The notes: generated by a model not told the origin, from the letters alone. A stretch of DNA of 40,939 bases from a virus (IMGVR_UViG_3300038379_000537:1-40939); one strand, 5' to 3'. Numbered from the stretch's first letter, positions 25,228 through 35,709 are shown. A program made the numbers and translations.

Positions 25228-25405
25228 TCCCCAGACCCGGCCCCAAGCGCCCTCGTCCGCGTCTACGAAGACTGATCGAGGAAATGGCCGCGGAGACACG
25301 CGCGGCATTGTACCGATGGAAAAATCCAGCCAAATGACGGGATTTTTGTTATACTTTCCCTGCCGCCAGGGACGAGGCGAGAGTAGTACTCCCTGCATCG
25401 GCTGA

Positions 25406-25438
25406 GCAAAATCACCCGGGTACAGCCGGGTGATTTGT
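25406..25438. terminator. Hairpin terminator between convergent operons
   Basis: AAATCACCCGG-GTACAG-CCGGGTGATTT immediately beyond the holin stop. Confidence 0.7.
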
Positions 25439-25443
25439 GTTGT

Positions 25444-25713
25444 TTATCCTTGATTGGCGTCGTACAGGCCGGAGGCTGAGACACCGACCGCCAGGCCGAA
25501 TACCAGGACCTCGAACCAGCCGGCGAAGTCGGTCGGCATCGGCGCGCGCGAAAGATGATAGCCAAAGCCGAGCAGCAGCCCGACCCCGGCAGACAGCAGG
25601 CGAACCAGCCGGCCCGAAAGACCGAAACCCTTGATGAACTGCACCAGACCGATGGTCAATACCAGCAGCGGAATGCCGGCCACAACAGCATACTTAAAGG
25701 CATCTTCAAACAT
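25444..25713 (-). CDS. Holin (probable)
   Basis: AAGGAG SD; three TM segments; C-terminal GLAVGVSASGLYD motif. Confidence 0.75.
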   Translation of the reverse strand: MFEDAFKYAVVAGIPLLVLTIGLVQFIKGFGLSGRLVRLLSAGVGLLLGFGYHLSRAPMPTDFAGWFEVLVFGLAVGVSASGLYDANQG

Positions 25714-25715
25714 TT

Positions 25716-26066
25716 TTACTCCTTGTCGAAAATTCCCGGCGGGATGAGCCTGTCCACGTTCTCGGTCGCAGAGAACGGCACCGGGTCGATTTCGTTTTTC
25801 ATGAGTTGATTGGCAAGTCTTTTTGCCCAGTCTTCCCATTTTTGCGAGCGTTTACGCTCCTTGTCCAGCTCCTTTTCGAGCTTTTCGCGCAATGTGGTTT
25901 CTTTCGATAACGCCTCCTTCAAATCCTTGCTTTGTATTTTCAGTTCTTCGACGACCTTTTGCAAGTCCTCGAATGCCGACCGCTTTGCGGCAGTCGAGGC
26001 AATTACCAACGATACGATGACAGGCACGGTCGCGATGATCGCCAGGATGATGTTATTTGTTTCCAT
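25716..26066 (-). CDS. Lysis-module protein (N-terminal TM plus coiled coil)
   Basis: Hydrophobic N-terminus, charged heptad region. Confidence 0.7.
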   Translation of the reverse strand: METNNIILAIIATVPVIVSLVIASTAAKRSAFEDLQKVVEELKIQSKDLKEALSKETTLREKLEKELDKERKRSQKWEDWAKRLANQLMKNEIDPVPFSATENVDRLIPPGIFDKE

Positions 26067-26322
26067 TCAACCGCCTGTATATTCGGATTGCGACATAGGA
26101 TGTGATCTCTACCACCGCGATCATTCCGGTCATCACCCGAAAATATATCCGCGACTCGACAGACATCGACCAGTCTGTATTTATCACGGCATAGAGATAT
26201 AACAACGCCAGGAAAATCCGGGCCAGGGCATGTTCATACTGCTTGCCGAAAATTTTTATCGCGGCGGCGACTAAAAATATCGCGGCGAGAAACACAAAAA
26301 AGGATGGCATGGTATTAATCAT
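26053..26322 (-). CDS. Three-TM membrane protein (holin-like)
   Basis: Hydrophobicity; position in the lysis module. Confidence 0.65.
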   Translation of the reverse strand: MINTMPSFFVFLAAIFLVAAAIKIFGKQYEHALARIFLALLYLYAVINTDWSMSVESRIYFRVMTGMIAVVEITSYVAIRIYRRLNGNK

Positions 26323-26851
26323 AATCCAAAACCCGCCATTTCGGGATCAGCATTTTCCCGGCGGGGGAAACCAACAGGATAAACACCCCGCCCGGCTTGG
26401 CGTCGCGCGTCATCCGGCGTCGCACGTTGACCACGATGAAGCGATGCACAAAACAACTGTACTTCGAGATTGTCTGGAACGATAAATCTTCCGGCGGATT
26501 CTCCGAAATGTTGAACGTATCGATTATCACGTAGTCCTTGTTGTATTCTTCGCCCTGGACGAAATTCCCGCCGAAAGCCAGGGATTGCACGCGCGGGTAT
26601 TTCTGCGGCGGATTGACCCATCCCATTCCCGGAGATTTGAGAAAACCCATCGGGTTCCTGGTCTTCGGATTCTGAATCAGCTCCACCGCTCGCTGCCATG
26701 GGCGAGACAGGTTGATCGTCAACTTCGATACGCTCTTTTTTCCCGGCGCCTGAAAGAAAATCGGCACAGTCTCAGGCGGCCATGATTTGCTGCCGCGCGA
26801 TTGATCGTATCCCGGTATCTCGAAATCGTGCCGAATATAATAGACTTTCAT
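26315..26851 (-). CDS. Hypothetical protein
   Basis: Overlap-coupled to the endolysin. Confidence 0.7.
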   Translation of the reverse strand: MKVYYIRHDFEIPGYDQSRGSKSWPPETVPIFFQAPGKKSVSKLTINLSRPWQRAVELIQNPKTRNPMGFLKSPGMGWVNPPQKYPRVQSLAFGGNFVQGEEYNKDYVIIDTFNISENPPEDLSFQTISKYSCFVHRFIVVNVRRRMTRDAKPGGVFILLVSPAGKMLIPKWRVLDYD

Positions 26852-27672
26852 TTGATCCTCTCAATGGCCGCGATCGCCTCATCCAGGATGACACGGCGGT
26901 CGGCTGTGGGACTGGAAGTCGGTGGAGGCTGGTGAGCTTCACCGTCCAATTTCAACCACGCGCGCATTTCCTCCACCGTGCCGTTATATACGTTGAGGTC
27001 CGGCGATCCGTAATGACGCATGCGCACCCCATCCCGCACTTCGTACGAGTCGCCCTTGTCGGTATATTGCCAGATGTCCCAATTGGACCAACCCGCCACG
27101 GTGGATGGTTGCTTATCCGGCGAGCGCCGCGCAGTGTAATACTGCGCATACCACAACGGATATTTGCGGACCTGTTCGACCCACTCATCGCCCATGTATT
27201 TCCCCCCAACCGGGATGATGTAATTTTGGATTACATTTTTGTTCGTATACAACCCAATAGTTATCCCGGGCAGTGCCGTACGCCAATAATCCATGATCCG
27301 TAATGTATCCGCCAGCATGGTTTTATCAATGCGATTATTGATCTTTTCCAGGTCACACCACAGCATATGCGGTTGTACCTGCAAACGGGCGATGTATTGA
27401 GCGGTAATTTTCGCCTGCATTTGCCAGGAATAGCCTCCCGAGCGTTGGTAAAAATACAGACCGCGGATCGGAACTTCCGAGACCCCGGTCCAAAGTATCT
27501 CGAATTCCGCCGGGTCGGCGATTTTAGTTGAGCTGTACGGCGTGTTATACCCCTCGCCAACCTTGGCAATGGCAAAATCGATCTGCCCCCATGTTTTTGC
27601 GAGATTGAATTCGCCCTGATGATGCGAAATATCTATTCCGTGCGCGCGCACGGTAATCTTTTCACGTTCCAT
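26848..27672 (-). CDS. Endolysin, glycoside hydrolase family 25
   Basis: GIDISHHQG, AKVGEG, CDLE, GLYT, LWYAQY, WQYT, DLN motifs. Confidence 0.9.
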   Translation of the reverse strand: MEREKITVRAHGIDISHHQGEFNLAKTWGQIDFAIAKVGEGYNTPYSSTKIADPAEFEILWTGVSEVPIRGLYFYQRSGGYSWQMQAKITAQYIARLQVQPHMLWCDLEKINNRIDKTMLADTLRIMDYWRTALPGITIGLYTNKNVIQNYIIPVGGKYMGDEWVEQVRKYPLWYAQYYTARRSPDKQPSTVAGWSNWDIWQYTDKGDSYEVRDGVRMRHYGSPDLNVYNGTVEEMRAWLKLDGEAHQPPPTSSPTADRRVILDEAIAAIERIK

Positions 27673-28045
27673 CGTGTCTCACCGGATTTGCCAAGATTTG
27701 CGTTTGCGTAAAGTTCCTCCCACCGTCGATGATCATCACCGTCTGAATAATGCAATTCATCTCCTGCAAAATCGCCTTTAGTGTTGCGCCGGTCTTTAAT
27801 GCACGCTCGCGGCGCGGAGAAACCAGAAGCCAGGGTTTCCACAACGGATATTTTGCAACAACAGACACATTGATTTGCACCATCCCGTTGGATAACACAG
27901 CGCGGCTTCGCAATTCACACGCGGAAGACAGCAATAGATTCTCGATCTTCAGACTGCAATCCTCGGCCCTGCGCTGCTGTTCCTCCTGGATCGCCTGTAT
28001 CGATTTGGCGTTCGAACGCCAAAATGTTCGTTTGTTGGATTTCAT
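27662..28045 (-). CDS. Hypothetical protein
   Basis: In operon between tail and lysis genes; 3' extent uncertain. Confidence 0.5.
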   Translation of the reverse strand: MKSNKRTFWRSNAKSIQAIQEEQQRRAEDCSLKIENLLLSSACELRSRAVLSNGMVQINVSVVAKYPLWKPWLLVSPRRERALKTGATLKAILQEMNCIIQTVMIIDGGRNFTQTQILANPVRHDGT

Positions 28046-28052
28046 TTCGCAC

Positions 28053-28346
28053 CTACGGTATACGGTTGCAGATTTTCAACAGCTTGTAGGCGTTGGTCCC
28101 GACTGTGCCCGGGTCTCCCAGGGTTGTCAAAATGGCATCATACGCCTGTTTCGCAGCCAGGGCTTCCGTCGCCGTCACACCGGCGAATTCGGGCAATTCC
28201 TGGATTTCGGCGTCGGTCAATGTGCCGAGTGATTCAGTAACCCACATTGCGGTAATGTGCTGCAAGGTCGGACGTTTAGCCAGCATTGTAATGGCGTTTT
28301 CCTGCATGGATGATAGTATATTTTTTTGGACATTGTTCGCGCTCAT
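28053..28346 (-). CDS. Hypothetical protein (possible tail-fibre chaperone)
   Basis: AGGAG SD; follows the tail protein. Confidence 0.7.
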   Translation of the reverse strand: MSANNVQKNILSSMQENAITMLAKRPTLQHITAMWVTESLGTLTDAEIQELPEFAGVTATEALAAKQAYDAILTTLGDPGTVGTNAYKLLKICNRIP

Positions 28347-28367
28347 TTTTTCTCCTGTTGTTTATAT

Positions 28368-31300
28368 TTATGCGAATAGATTTACGCCGGTTGCAGACCC
28401 GAGCCTCGCCTCCAGCTCCGCAACCCTGGTTTGCAGATTGGCAACAACCGACAACAGGCTATTAGCCTCATCGTGATTGGCAAACGCCCACCCCGCTCCG
28501 AGGGATACGTCTACGAAGTCCTGAATTGCATAATCGGGTGTCGCTGGTGCAGTATGCGTAATCGATGTTAATTGCGCTGTCAATGCTGCGCCGCGAACTA
28601 CAGGCGTACCTCCGTAGAACGAGATTTTCGGGGCAGATCCGCTGGCCTCAACTTCAAACCCCAAACGTGCGGCGGTATCATAGGCATATATTCTAACCGC
28701 CGCCTTTTTGCTTGCGTGCGTCGCGTCAATCCATCTCCAGTCCATCGCCCCCATTGTTTGTCCCAATGCGGTCGATGTCTTCCCGGCCATTATTATACTC
28801 CCGCCATCGCCTGCCGCGCCGCTGCCCACGCAGTCTAACGTCACGACATTGTTCACGCCGGCGGCGGTATATCCCGGGATGATTGATGTGACCGCATTGA
28901 TACGCATGGTCTGAGCCGCCGGGGTGGATGCCATAACCCCGTAGAATATGGCATTGGTTATTTCTGTCGCCGCGTCTGCACGCAGCTGATTATCGACAAT
29001 CAATCTGTTCGACAAATTTGTCTGTCGATATCCGGCGTTGTAACCAATATAGATATTGGACCCGCCGGACGTGATCGATCTGCCGGCGCTATGTCCAATA
29101 ATCACATTGTTGCTATTGCTGTTTCCCAGCGCCCCCAGGCCTGCCTCATACCCGATTACAACATTGTTCGTTCCGGTCTGGTTATACAAATGTGCGTTAT
29201 ACCCGATGATCACCCCTTGCGCCGCCGTTGTACCGCTGCCGGAAACTTGATATCCAATGCCAACATTGAAATCTCCAGTTGTCAATACGCCGAAAGCACT
29301 ACTACCGATTGCAACATTCCGTGCCGCGCCATTTGCAACATACATCGCTTGATTGCCGATCGCAATATTGTCAGAGCTGTTTTGCGTCGCATACAACGTG
29401 GCGTATCCAATTGCGACATTATTATTACCGTCGATGTTTAAACGGAGCGTACCGGTGCCCAGCCCGAAATTTTGTGAACCGACCGTATTATTAATCAGGG
29501 CACTTGCTCCGATTGCCACATTGCCGTCACCATTGGTCAATGCCGCCAACGCATTGGTGCCTATTGCCGTATTATTCGTCGCTCCGGACGCCGATAAATT
29601 ACCCGCACCTTGTCCGATAAAAAAAGATCCGCTATCTATGTTCAGATTGCAAAAATACGTTCCGCGCCCCTGTACGCCGCCCAATACCACTCCGGCACTG
29701 GATTCAAACGTCGCCAGGTTTGCGGTCTGTGTGCTGTGACCCTGCACGCGCAGTTGTACCTGATCCGCGGCGCCGTCGATAAATCCCTGGCCGAACAAGG
29801 TCATTCCACCACTCGGGTTTATCGTCGCCGCCAATGTCAACGTGGTGGATGCGAGCGGCGTCGTATAGAAATTAATTTTGGTTCCCAGGTTTGTCGATAG
29901 CCAATTTTCCGCGGCAGTGGGACGGATGCTGGCTTGTGTCCCAGTTACGCCCATATTACTATAACCGCGTCCAGAAATTGCGATCAATATATCGTCTGCC
30001 TGTGTAGCCGTAGGCGTGGTCAAATCACCGCGCAAACGCTGACCGGTAATAAACGGAAAAATGGAAGTTCCGGCAGCAGTCAGGAACACTCCCGGCGACG
30101 CAGTTTCCCCGAGAATATGCAGAGTTTCCTCGTTTGAGGTGGCGTGCAGATTGTCCGCTCCCTCACCCAGGACAACACATCCATAAGTCGGATTGATTCT
30201 GAGCGCCGCCTTTGTGGTTATCAACCCCGAGGCATTTGTGATTGCCACTCTATCGGCTGTTTGACCTGAAAGAATTGAGGTCCGTAAATTGGCTTTCGTG
30301 ATCTTGCGCAGCAGGCCGGATATCGAATCCCAGTGTGGAAACTCGTCCGCGTCTGCAAGAGTGGTCTTTGCAATGGCGTTGTGGATTGCGCTGCCGAGGT
30401 CAAACGTTATGTCGCGGTCAAGATAATCCGCGAAATCCTGAAAATTTGTAAGATAAACAGCAAAGCGATAAGCGGTTTTTCCACCGGCCTCCGTAAATCC
30501 TCCAGCGGCATAAACATCGCCAAGATAAACAAGGACCTGACCCACGGGCTCATTAAGTCCATCGCCCAAAGGGAAAAACCTGGCACCATCCCATGAAACG
30601 ATTCGATTCGCCGACACCCCATTCGCTTCAGTAAAGGCTCCTCCTGCGTATATTTTTATTCCGTCGTTTGTCAACGATTGACATCCGTCATTCATGCCGT
30701 CCCCGAACGGGTTGGACCACTCCATATTGGTCAAATGCCAGACGGCAATATTGGCGCATGATACGCCGCCGATTTCACCAAAAAATCCTCCAGCATATAA
30801 ATAATCGCCCAATACATTAAGCGCATATATCCACTGCGTCGGCGACGCCATTCCGCCATCCAGGTCCGACCATGTAGAGCCGTTCCATTTGGCTATTCCA
30901 CCGCATGTCACACCGCCGGCTGTTGTAAAGTTTCCACCTATATAAACATCCGCACCATTAACAAGAACCGCCCGGACGCTGCCGACAATATCTATTCCGG
31001 TCCCCATTGCCGACCACGATCCATTCCATCGAGCAATATGGTTGACGGTGACTCCGCCGGCTGTTACAAAAAAACCGCCTGCGTATAAATATGTTCCATC
31101 AACGTCCAAAGCCCGCACAGCTTGCGAAACCCCTCCGGCCATCCCGGCGCCCAGTGCGGAAAAGGTGGAACCATTCCACGCGGCAATATGGTTTGCACTG
31201 ACACCATCGGCCGCGTCGAATATGCCGCCGAAAATAATATCGGAGCCGAATTTTGTAATCGCATAACAAATACACAGGCCGGATGATTTCGTCAAGCCCG

Positions 31301-32618
31301 CACCAAGTGCATGCCAAGTCCGATTTGTTACGTTGTATCTGACGATCCGTGAAGCGCTGATTCCCCCGATTCTGGTGAACGCCCCGCCCAAATAAATATC
31401 GTCTCCGTCAATATAAGCCGCGTTGATCCCGGCGTCTGTGCTTGAGTAATCATTCAGCGAAGCCCAGAATGAGATATCCAATTGTCCCGCGTCATGTGCG
31501 GTCGTCCATAAATCCATCAACCATTTCAAATTGCGATTTAATTTGAGTCTGTTTTCCGCGGTCAGGGAATTCAGGTTCAAAACGATGTTGGCATAACTCT
31601 CGCCGTCCCAATCAGCATCGATTGCACGAATACGATAATCTGCGGTAACACCGAAGCGATCCAGTGTGATGGTATCTCCCAGGCCGTAATCCTCGAACAG
31701 TCTGTGCCCGAAATCGTCTGACACCGCCAGGGTGATCGATGTAATCGGGTCCTTGGTCAACGTCAATTCCGCCTGCCCGAACGTCAGGGCAACCTCTGAA
31801 TTTGAGGCGTATTCCGTATTCAAGAGCTTCTCGCGCCGCCGGCGGTTGGTGATCGAGGTCGCATCCGAGACATTTGTGAAGCCCGCGCCATATTTGACCG
31901 CATAGGCGTTCTTTATGTCCGTCCCAACTTCGTCGACCACCAATTCGGTGCAATTCACCCCGGTCCGCAAAAAGATCGTATTGGATAAATCCGTGCCGAT
32001 ACCGTTCTTGTAGGCGTTGAGCTCGAAACCGCCCGCTCCGTCCGAAGTCATCGTGAAATCGGTCCCGAGCGCGGCGATTTGTCGGACCACATCCAACAGC
32101 GACATCCCCACTGGAAATTCCAACTCCTCGCTTTCGGTCCAGGAAACCGAATCCGAATCGACTGAATCGGAAAATGAATACGACAAATTCAGCAGCGCCC
32201 CGCGCGCCTGCGCCTCCTCGATCAAGTCGATCAACGTTGCTGCCCTGGATTGCGCCGTGAAAATACGTTTTGTCCCGCCGCTGCCGTCGTCCCAAACAAC
32301 AGCATCGTCCATCAATGCCATTGCCCCGCGGCCGGATATGGACATCATCCGCCCGCCGCCCTCCCCGGCATTGACATGCACGCTGCGAATGTTTTCGGCG
32401 AAAAATCCGCCGCGCACACTGCCGCGATAGCGACATTCAAGGAAGCCTGCCGATTCCACCAAGCCGGCCGAGGTCGAATCGAGCGGGATCACCACTTGTC
32501 CACTGCCCGGCTCACTGATCTCCATGTACAGGTGGCTTTTGACGGCAGGCAGCAGGCTTTCGACCGTCACCAAATCAGGATCGTATAATTTCCACTCAAT
32601 CGGATCGTATATGCTCAT
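28368..32618 (-). CDS. Multidomain tail-tip/host-recognition protein (Tal-like hub, beta-propeller, beta-roll repeats)
   Basis: Follows Dit; repeats LYAGGxF..GG..ANxIAxWNG (propeller) and NxAIGxxAL (Hep/Hag-like). Confidence 0.85.
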   Translation of the reverse strand: MSIYDPIEWKLYDPDLVTVESLLPAVKSHLYMEISEPGSGQVVIPLDSTSAGLVESAGFLECRYRGSVRGGFFAENIRSVHVNAGEGGGRMMSISGRGAMALMDDAVVWDDGSGGTKRIFTAQSRAATLIDLIEEAQARGALLNLSYSFSDSVDSDSVSWTESEELEFPVGMSLLDVVRQIAALGTDFTMTSDGAGGFELNAYKNGIGTDLSNTIFLRTGVNCTELVVDEVGTDIKNAYAVKYGAGFTNVSDATSITNRRRREKLLNTEYASNSEVALTFGQAELTLTKDPITSITLAVSDDFGHRLFEDYGLGDTITLDRFGVTADYRIRAIDADWDGESYANIVLNLNSLTAENRLKLNRNLKWLMDLWTTAHDAGQLDISFWASLNDYSSTDAGINAAYIDGDDIYLGGAFTRIGGISASRIVRYNVTNRTWHALGAGLTKSSGLCICYAITKFGSDIIFGGIFDAADGVSANHIAAWNGSTFSALGAGMAGGVSQAVRALDVDGTYLYAGGFFVTAGGVTVNHIARWNGSWSAMGTGIDIVGSVRAVLVNGADVYIGGNFTTAGGVTCGGIAKWNGSTWSDLDGGMASPTQWIYALNVLGDYLYAGGFFGEIGGVSCANIAVWHLTNMEWSNPFGDGMNDGCQSLTNDGIKIYAGGAFTEANGVSANRIVSWDGARFFPLGDGLNEPVGQVLVYLGDVYAAGGFTEAGGKTAYRFAVYLTNFQDFADYLDRDITFDLGSAIHNAIAKTTLADADEFPHWDSISGLLRKITKANLRTSILSGQTADRVAITNASGLITTKAALRINPTYGCVVLGEGADNLHATSNEETLHILGETASPGVFLTAAGTSIFPFITGQRLRGDLTTPTATQADDILIAISGRGYSNMGVTGTQASIRPTAAENWLSTNLGTKINFYTTPLASTTLTLAATINPSGGMTLFGQGFIDGAADQVQLRVQGHSTQTANLATFESSAGVVLGGVQGRGTYFCNLNIDSGSFFIGQGAGNLSASGATNNTAIGTNALAALTNGDGNVAIGASALINNTVGSQNFGLGTGTLRLNIDGNNNVAIGYATLYATQNSSDNIAIGNQAMYVANGAARNVAIGSSAFGVLTTGDFNVGIGYQVSGSGTTAAQGVIIGYNAHLYNQTGTNNVVIGYEAGLGALGNSNSNNVIIGHSAGRSITSGGSNIYIGYNAGYRQTNLSNRLIVDNQLRADAATEITNAIFYGVMASTPAAQTMRINAVTSIIPGYTAAGVNNVVTLDCVGSGAAGDGGSIIMAGKTSTALGQTMGAMDWRWIDATHASKKAAVRIYAYDTAARLGFEVEASGSAPKISFYGGTPVVRGAALTAQLTSITHTAPATPDYAIQDFVDVSLGAGWAFANHDEANSLLSVVANLQTRVAELEARLGSATGVNLFA

Positions 32619-33397
32619 AGGTACGGCGCGTTGAACGATATTTTAACTGTTCCGGTGGTGGTCACATCCGAGGTGATTGAAAGATCGTTGCTTCCGACCT
32701 CGATCACCATCAATGCGGCGGCGCCGGAATGAGATACGTTCCCGATTACATTTCCATCGACGCTGTGATTGGCGGTATATTCCCCACTGACTGAGGTTTG
32801 TATGGTCACCGTCTCACCAGCGTCGATTACCCCGTTATACTTTAATACACAGTCATTTTCCAAATTTGTGATCTCAGGATTGGTCAATGGGCCTGACAAA
32901 AGTATGATCGGATCGCGTTCCTGCACGGAACCCGGGTTTGTCACCACCATGGCCTTCGGACTGGCGTTGATCGTCGTTGTATTATCCGCGATCAAGTTCT
33001 TATCGCGGAAGAACGGGCTGTTCAGCGTAAATTCGACAAGAACTTTCGCAATTTTGTCGGAAAACCTTTGGATGTCCAGCGATTTATTGACGGTCGCTTG
33101 CGCATTGACCACCAGTGCGCTTTCACGCGTGCATTCCAGGGTCTTCCTGGTCATCGGTGCGAGCAGTTGGCACAGGCTGTCATAGGTATCCTCCAGGTCC
33201 TGAGCGCTCGTCCCAACCAACGCTATCCCCATCGCGATCACCCGCTCATCGAAATATTTATCCACATGCACTGTACCATGACGGAAAGGCACGGTGATAT
33301 TATCGCCGCGGCGATCGGCAAAGTTGAGATAATCGTCAATCAACGTAATCTTCCCGAACGAGGCCAGGTCGGTTCCGTCGAAGGTCCAGGTGGTCAT
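32615..33397 (-). CDS. Distal tail protein (Dit)
   Basis: After the tape measure; WTFDG.., RRGDNITVPFRHG, NPGSV..P motifs. Confidence 0.8.
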   Translation of the reverse strand: MTTWTFDGTDLASFGKITLIDDYLNFADRRGDNITVPFRHGTVHVDKYFDERVIAMGIALVGTSAQDLEDTYDSLCQLLAPMTRKTLECTRESALVVNAQATVNKSLDIQRFSDKIAKVLVEFTLNSPFFRDKNLIADNTTTINASPKAMVVTNPGSVQERDPIILLSGPLTNPEITNLENDCVLKYNGVIDAGETVTIQTSVSGEYTANHSVDGNVIGNVSHSGAAALMVIEVGSNDLSITSDVTTTGTVKISFNAPYL

Positions 33398-35121
33398 AGC
33401 GGTGATCCTACATATGACAGATGTTTTAGCAGCCGGCGGATGTCGTTCTCCGATGTCTCCGCCTTCGGATTGTTTATCGTGATCGAAATGTTCTTCGTTG
33501 TCATCGACGCCTTGTCGGCGTTCGGGATGAAGGTTCCGTTCGTATTCGGCACGAAAATTTCCGGGGCGGCCTTCGGGTTAATCACATACGCAGTGCCCGC
33601 CATGCCCGGCCCGCCCGAATCACGACTGCCGCCTTTGCGCGTCGAACGCTCTTTTTCCATCGCCTCCTGCGACACCCCCTTTGCAGCGCTCGCCTGTTTT
33701 TGATATGCCTGGGTCGTGTTTTCCACGCTCGCTCGAAGCGCCTCCTGGTGCTGGATGTTCTGGATCGTCGCATTCACGACATCCATCATTTTTTGCGCCT
33801 GATCCACCTCGGCCTGCGTCAAAATGCCCATGGTTTTGGCGATTTCGAGGGAGGCCGTATATTCGGCGTCGGTCAAACCGTCCACCGAAATCTTGGCAAG
33901 GATCATGTCATAGATCATGCGCTGCGTTTTTTCGTGCCAGGTAATTTCGAGGTCCGTAACTCCCTGGCGCGCCTCGGCAAGCGCTTCTTTCAACCCTGAC
34001 ATGGTTTCTGCGTCCGCCCCCTCCTTCATTGCTTCCGCCAGATTTTCCTGCGCCTCGCCCACGGCCTCCATCGCCTCAGCATGATCCCGCGCGTAATCCC
34101 TCTGAAAATCGGCGTAGGAGAGCGTGAAATCCAACATTTCCTTGTTGCGCTGCGCAACCTCCTTCATCCGTTCTGCAAGACGGTCAATCGCAGCAGTGCC
34201 AATGTCTATTCCCTCGGCGACGCCCTCGAACGAGTCGGTTACGTCTTCACCGGCTTTGGAAACATCGAAAAGGACATCCATGGATTCCTGTATAAACGGT
34301 GTTATGCCCAGGGAAAATTCCTTTAATGAAAATTCCCCTTCTTTCACCATGTCCACAAACAGGGATACAGCCTTCAGATTCGCCGTGGCCATTGCAACAA
34401 TATCCCCCATCAAATCCAACAATGGCGGACCGGCTTGATAAGTCAAGGCATCCCAGGCGTCGCCCAGGTTGTCCTGTGCAATGCGTAAATCTTCCGCTGC
34501 CTGCGCCGCCTCCTCGGTCACGATCAGGCTTTTGTCCAACGCATCTGCATACTTTAGTATCCAATCGCCGCCCTTTTCCATGATGCGGCCCATGTCGGTG
34601 CCGGATTTTCCGAAGCGGTCCAACAGGAATTGGGTCCGTGCAATGCCAGGTTGTAATTTTAGATATTCATCGGACAATTTTGCCAGGCCGGAAATTGACG
34701 GATCAAAACCATCTTTTTGCGCCAATTTCATGGAAGTCGTTAGGGATTCGTACGTAACCCCCAAATCGTCGGCCACCTGGATTAATTTGGAAGCCTCCTC
34801 GGTGGTCGATCCAAGCGTGCGCGCAACATCCCGGGCCTGTAGTGCGTAGGTCTGGAATTTTCCGGCAGTCTGATCCCAGGCCATGTTACCCAGACGGACG
34901 ACATCCAGGACGGTCGAATAAGCCGACCTAAATTCGGTCCACGATCCAATCGAAGAACGAGCCGCTGCAACAGAAGCCCGCGTCGCGGCAGCCTCCGCAG
35001 CCCGGCGCCTTTCCTGCATCTGATCCAGACCGCGATTGATTTTCGACAACCCGGCCGTGATGTTATCGATTAATTCCGCCTGTATTTGCAGGCGGTTGTC
35101 CGCTCCGCCTACAATCGGCAT
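33394..35121 (-). CDS. Tape measure protein
   Basis: Ala-rich helical protein; C-terminal RDSGGP..AYVIN..PEIFVP..GTFIPN. Confidence 0.85.
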   Translation of the reverse strand: MPIVGGADNRLQIQAELIDNITAGLSKINRGLDQMQERRRAAEAAATRASVAAARSSIGSWTEFRSAYSTVLDVVRLGNMAWDQTAGKFQTYALQARDVARTLGSTTEEASKLIQVADDLGVTYESLTTSMKLAQKDGFDPSISGLAKLSDEYLKLQPGIARTQFLLDRFGKSGTDMGRIMEKGGDWILKYADALDKSLIVTEEAAQAAEDLRIAQDNLGDAWDALTYQAGPPLLDLMGDIVAMATANLKAVSLFVDMVKEGEFSLKEFSLGITPFIQESMDVLFDVSKAGEDVTDSFEGVAEGIDIGTAAIDRLAERMKEVAQRNKEMLDFTLSYADFQRDYARDHAEAMEAVGEAQENLAEAMKEGADAETMSGLKEALAEARQGVTDLEITWHEKTQRMIYDMILAKISVDGLTDAEYTASLEIAKTMGILTQAEVDQAQKMMDVVNATIQNIQHQEALRASVENTTQAYQKQASAAKGVSQEAMEKERSTRKGGSRDSGGPGMAGTAYVINPKAAPEIFVPNTNGTFIPNADKASMTTKNISITINNPKAETSENDIRRLLKHLSYVGSPL

Positions 35122-35378
35122 TCAACCTCCGACAAGATGCGGGCAGCGGACGGATTTTCACGCGCCCATTCCACCCAATCCTTGGAGGATTTGCGCGATT
35201 GATATGCGTGGATGATGTTCTCGGTGGCCGTCATTTCGAGATACTCGCGAAAATATAACTGCTTCCTGCCGGTAACCGCCTCGATCCCGAAGCGGTCGAT
35301 CTGCATAAGTTTTTCGTACTCCGGCGAATAATGGCCTTCGCTTGCCTTACGGTAGGCGTCGGCCATCACGCGTTTGGG
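35109..35378 (-). CDS. Tail assembly chaperone extension (gpT-like, probably made by -1 frameshift)
   Basis: Lies in the -1 frame relative to the upstream chaperone; slippery C-CCA-AAC at 35378-35372. Confidence 0.7.
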   Translation of the reverse strand, partial: PKRVMADAYRKASEGHYSPEYEKLMQIDRFGIEAVTGRKQLYFREYLEMTATENIIHAYQSRKSSKDWVEWARENPSAARILSEVECRL

Positions 35379-35704
35379 ATGTTGATCTCGCCTATGTATA
35401 TCCGTTTCAACGCGGTGAATACCAGATCGATCAACTTGTGCGTTTGCGGACGCGGAGAGAATGGAAAGGTATGCAGTGTCACACCTTCGGGGATTGCCGG
35501 AATTTCCCATTTTTCGACGCATGCCAAAACCGCGGGCAGCTTAAGCTCGTCCTCGTCGGTCAACCACCAGCGGCCATCTGCGTCTTTTTCGGGCGGACGC
35601 ATTCCCGCTTCGATGACATGCGCCTGCGCGAGGGTCAGGGGGTCGGCAATCATCACCGACCCCTCGAATCCCGCAATATCCGAAACAATTTTCTGTGGCA
35701 TCAT
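35366..35704 (-). CDS. Tail assembly chaperone (gpG-like)
   Basis: Between the major tail and tape measure genes; ends IPNA just after the slippery site. Confidence 0.75.
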   Translation of the reverse strand: MMPQKIVSDIAGFEGSVMIADPLTLAQAHVIEAGMRPPEKDADGRWWLTDEDELKLPAVLACVEKWEIPAIPEGVTLHTFPFSPRPQTHKLIDLVFTALKRIYIGEINIPNA

Positions 35705-35709
35705 ATACC

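Noticed and set aside
28368-29000. Diversity-generating retroelement targeting the tail protein
   Set aside because: No reverse transcriptase and no template/variable repeat pair seen
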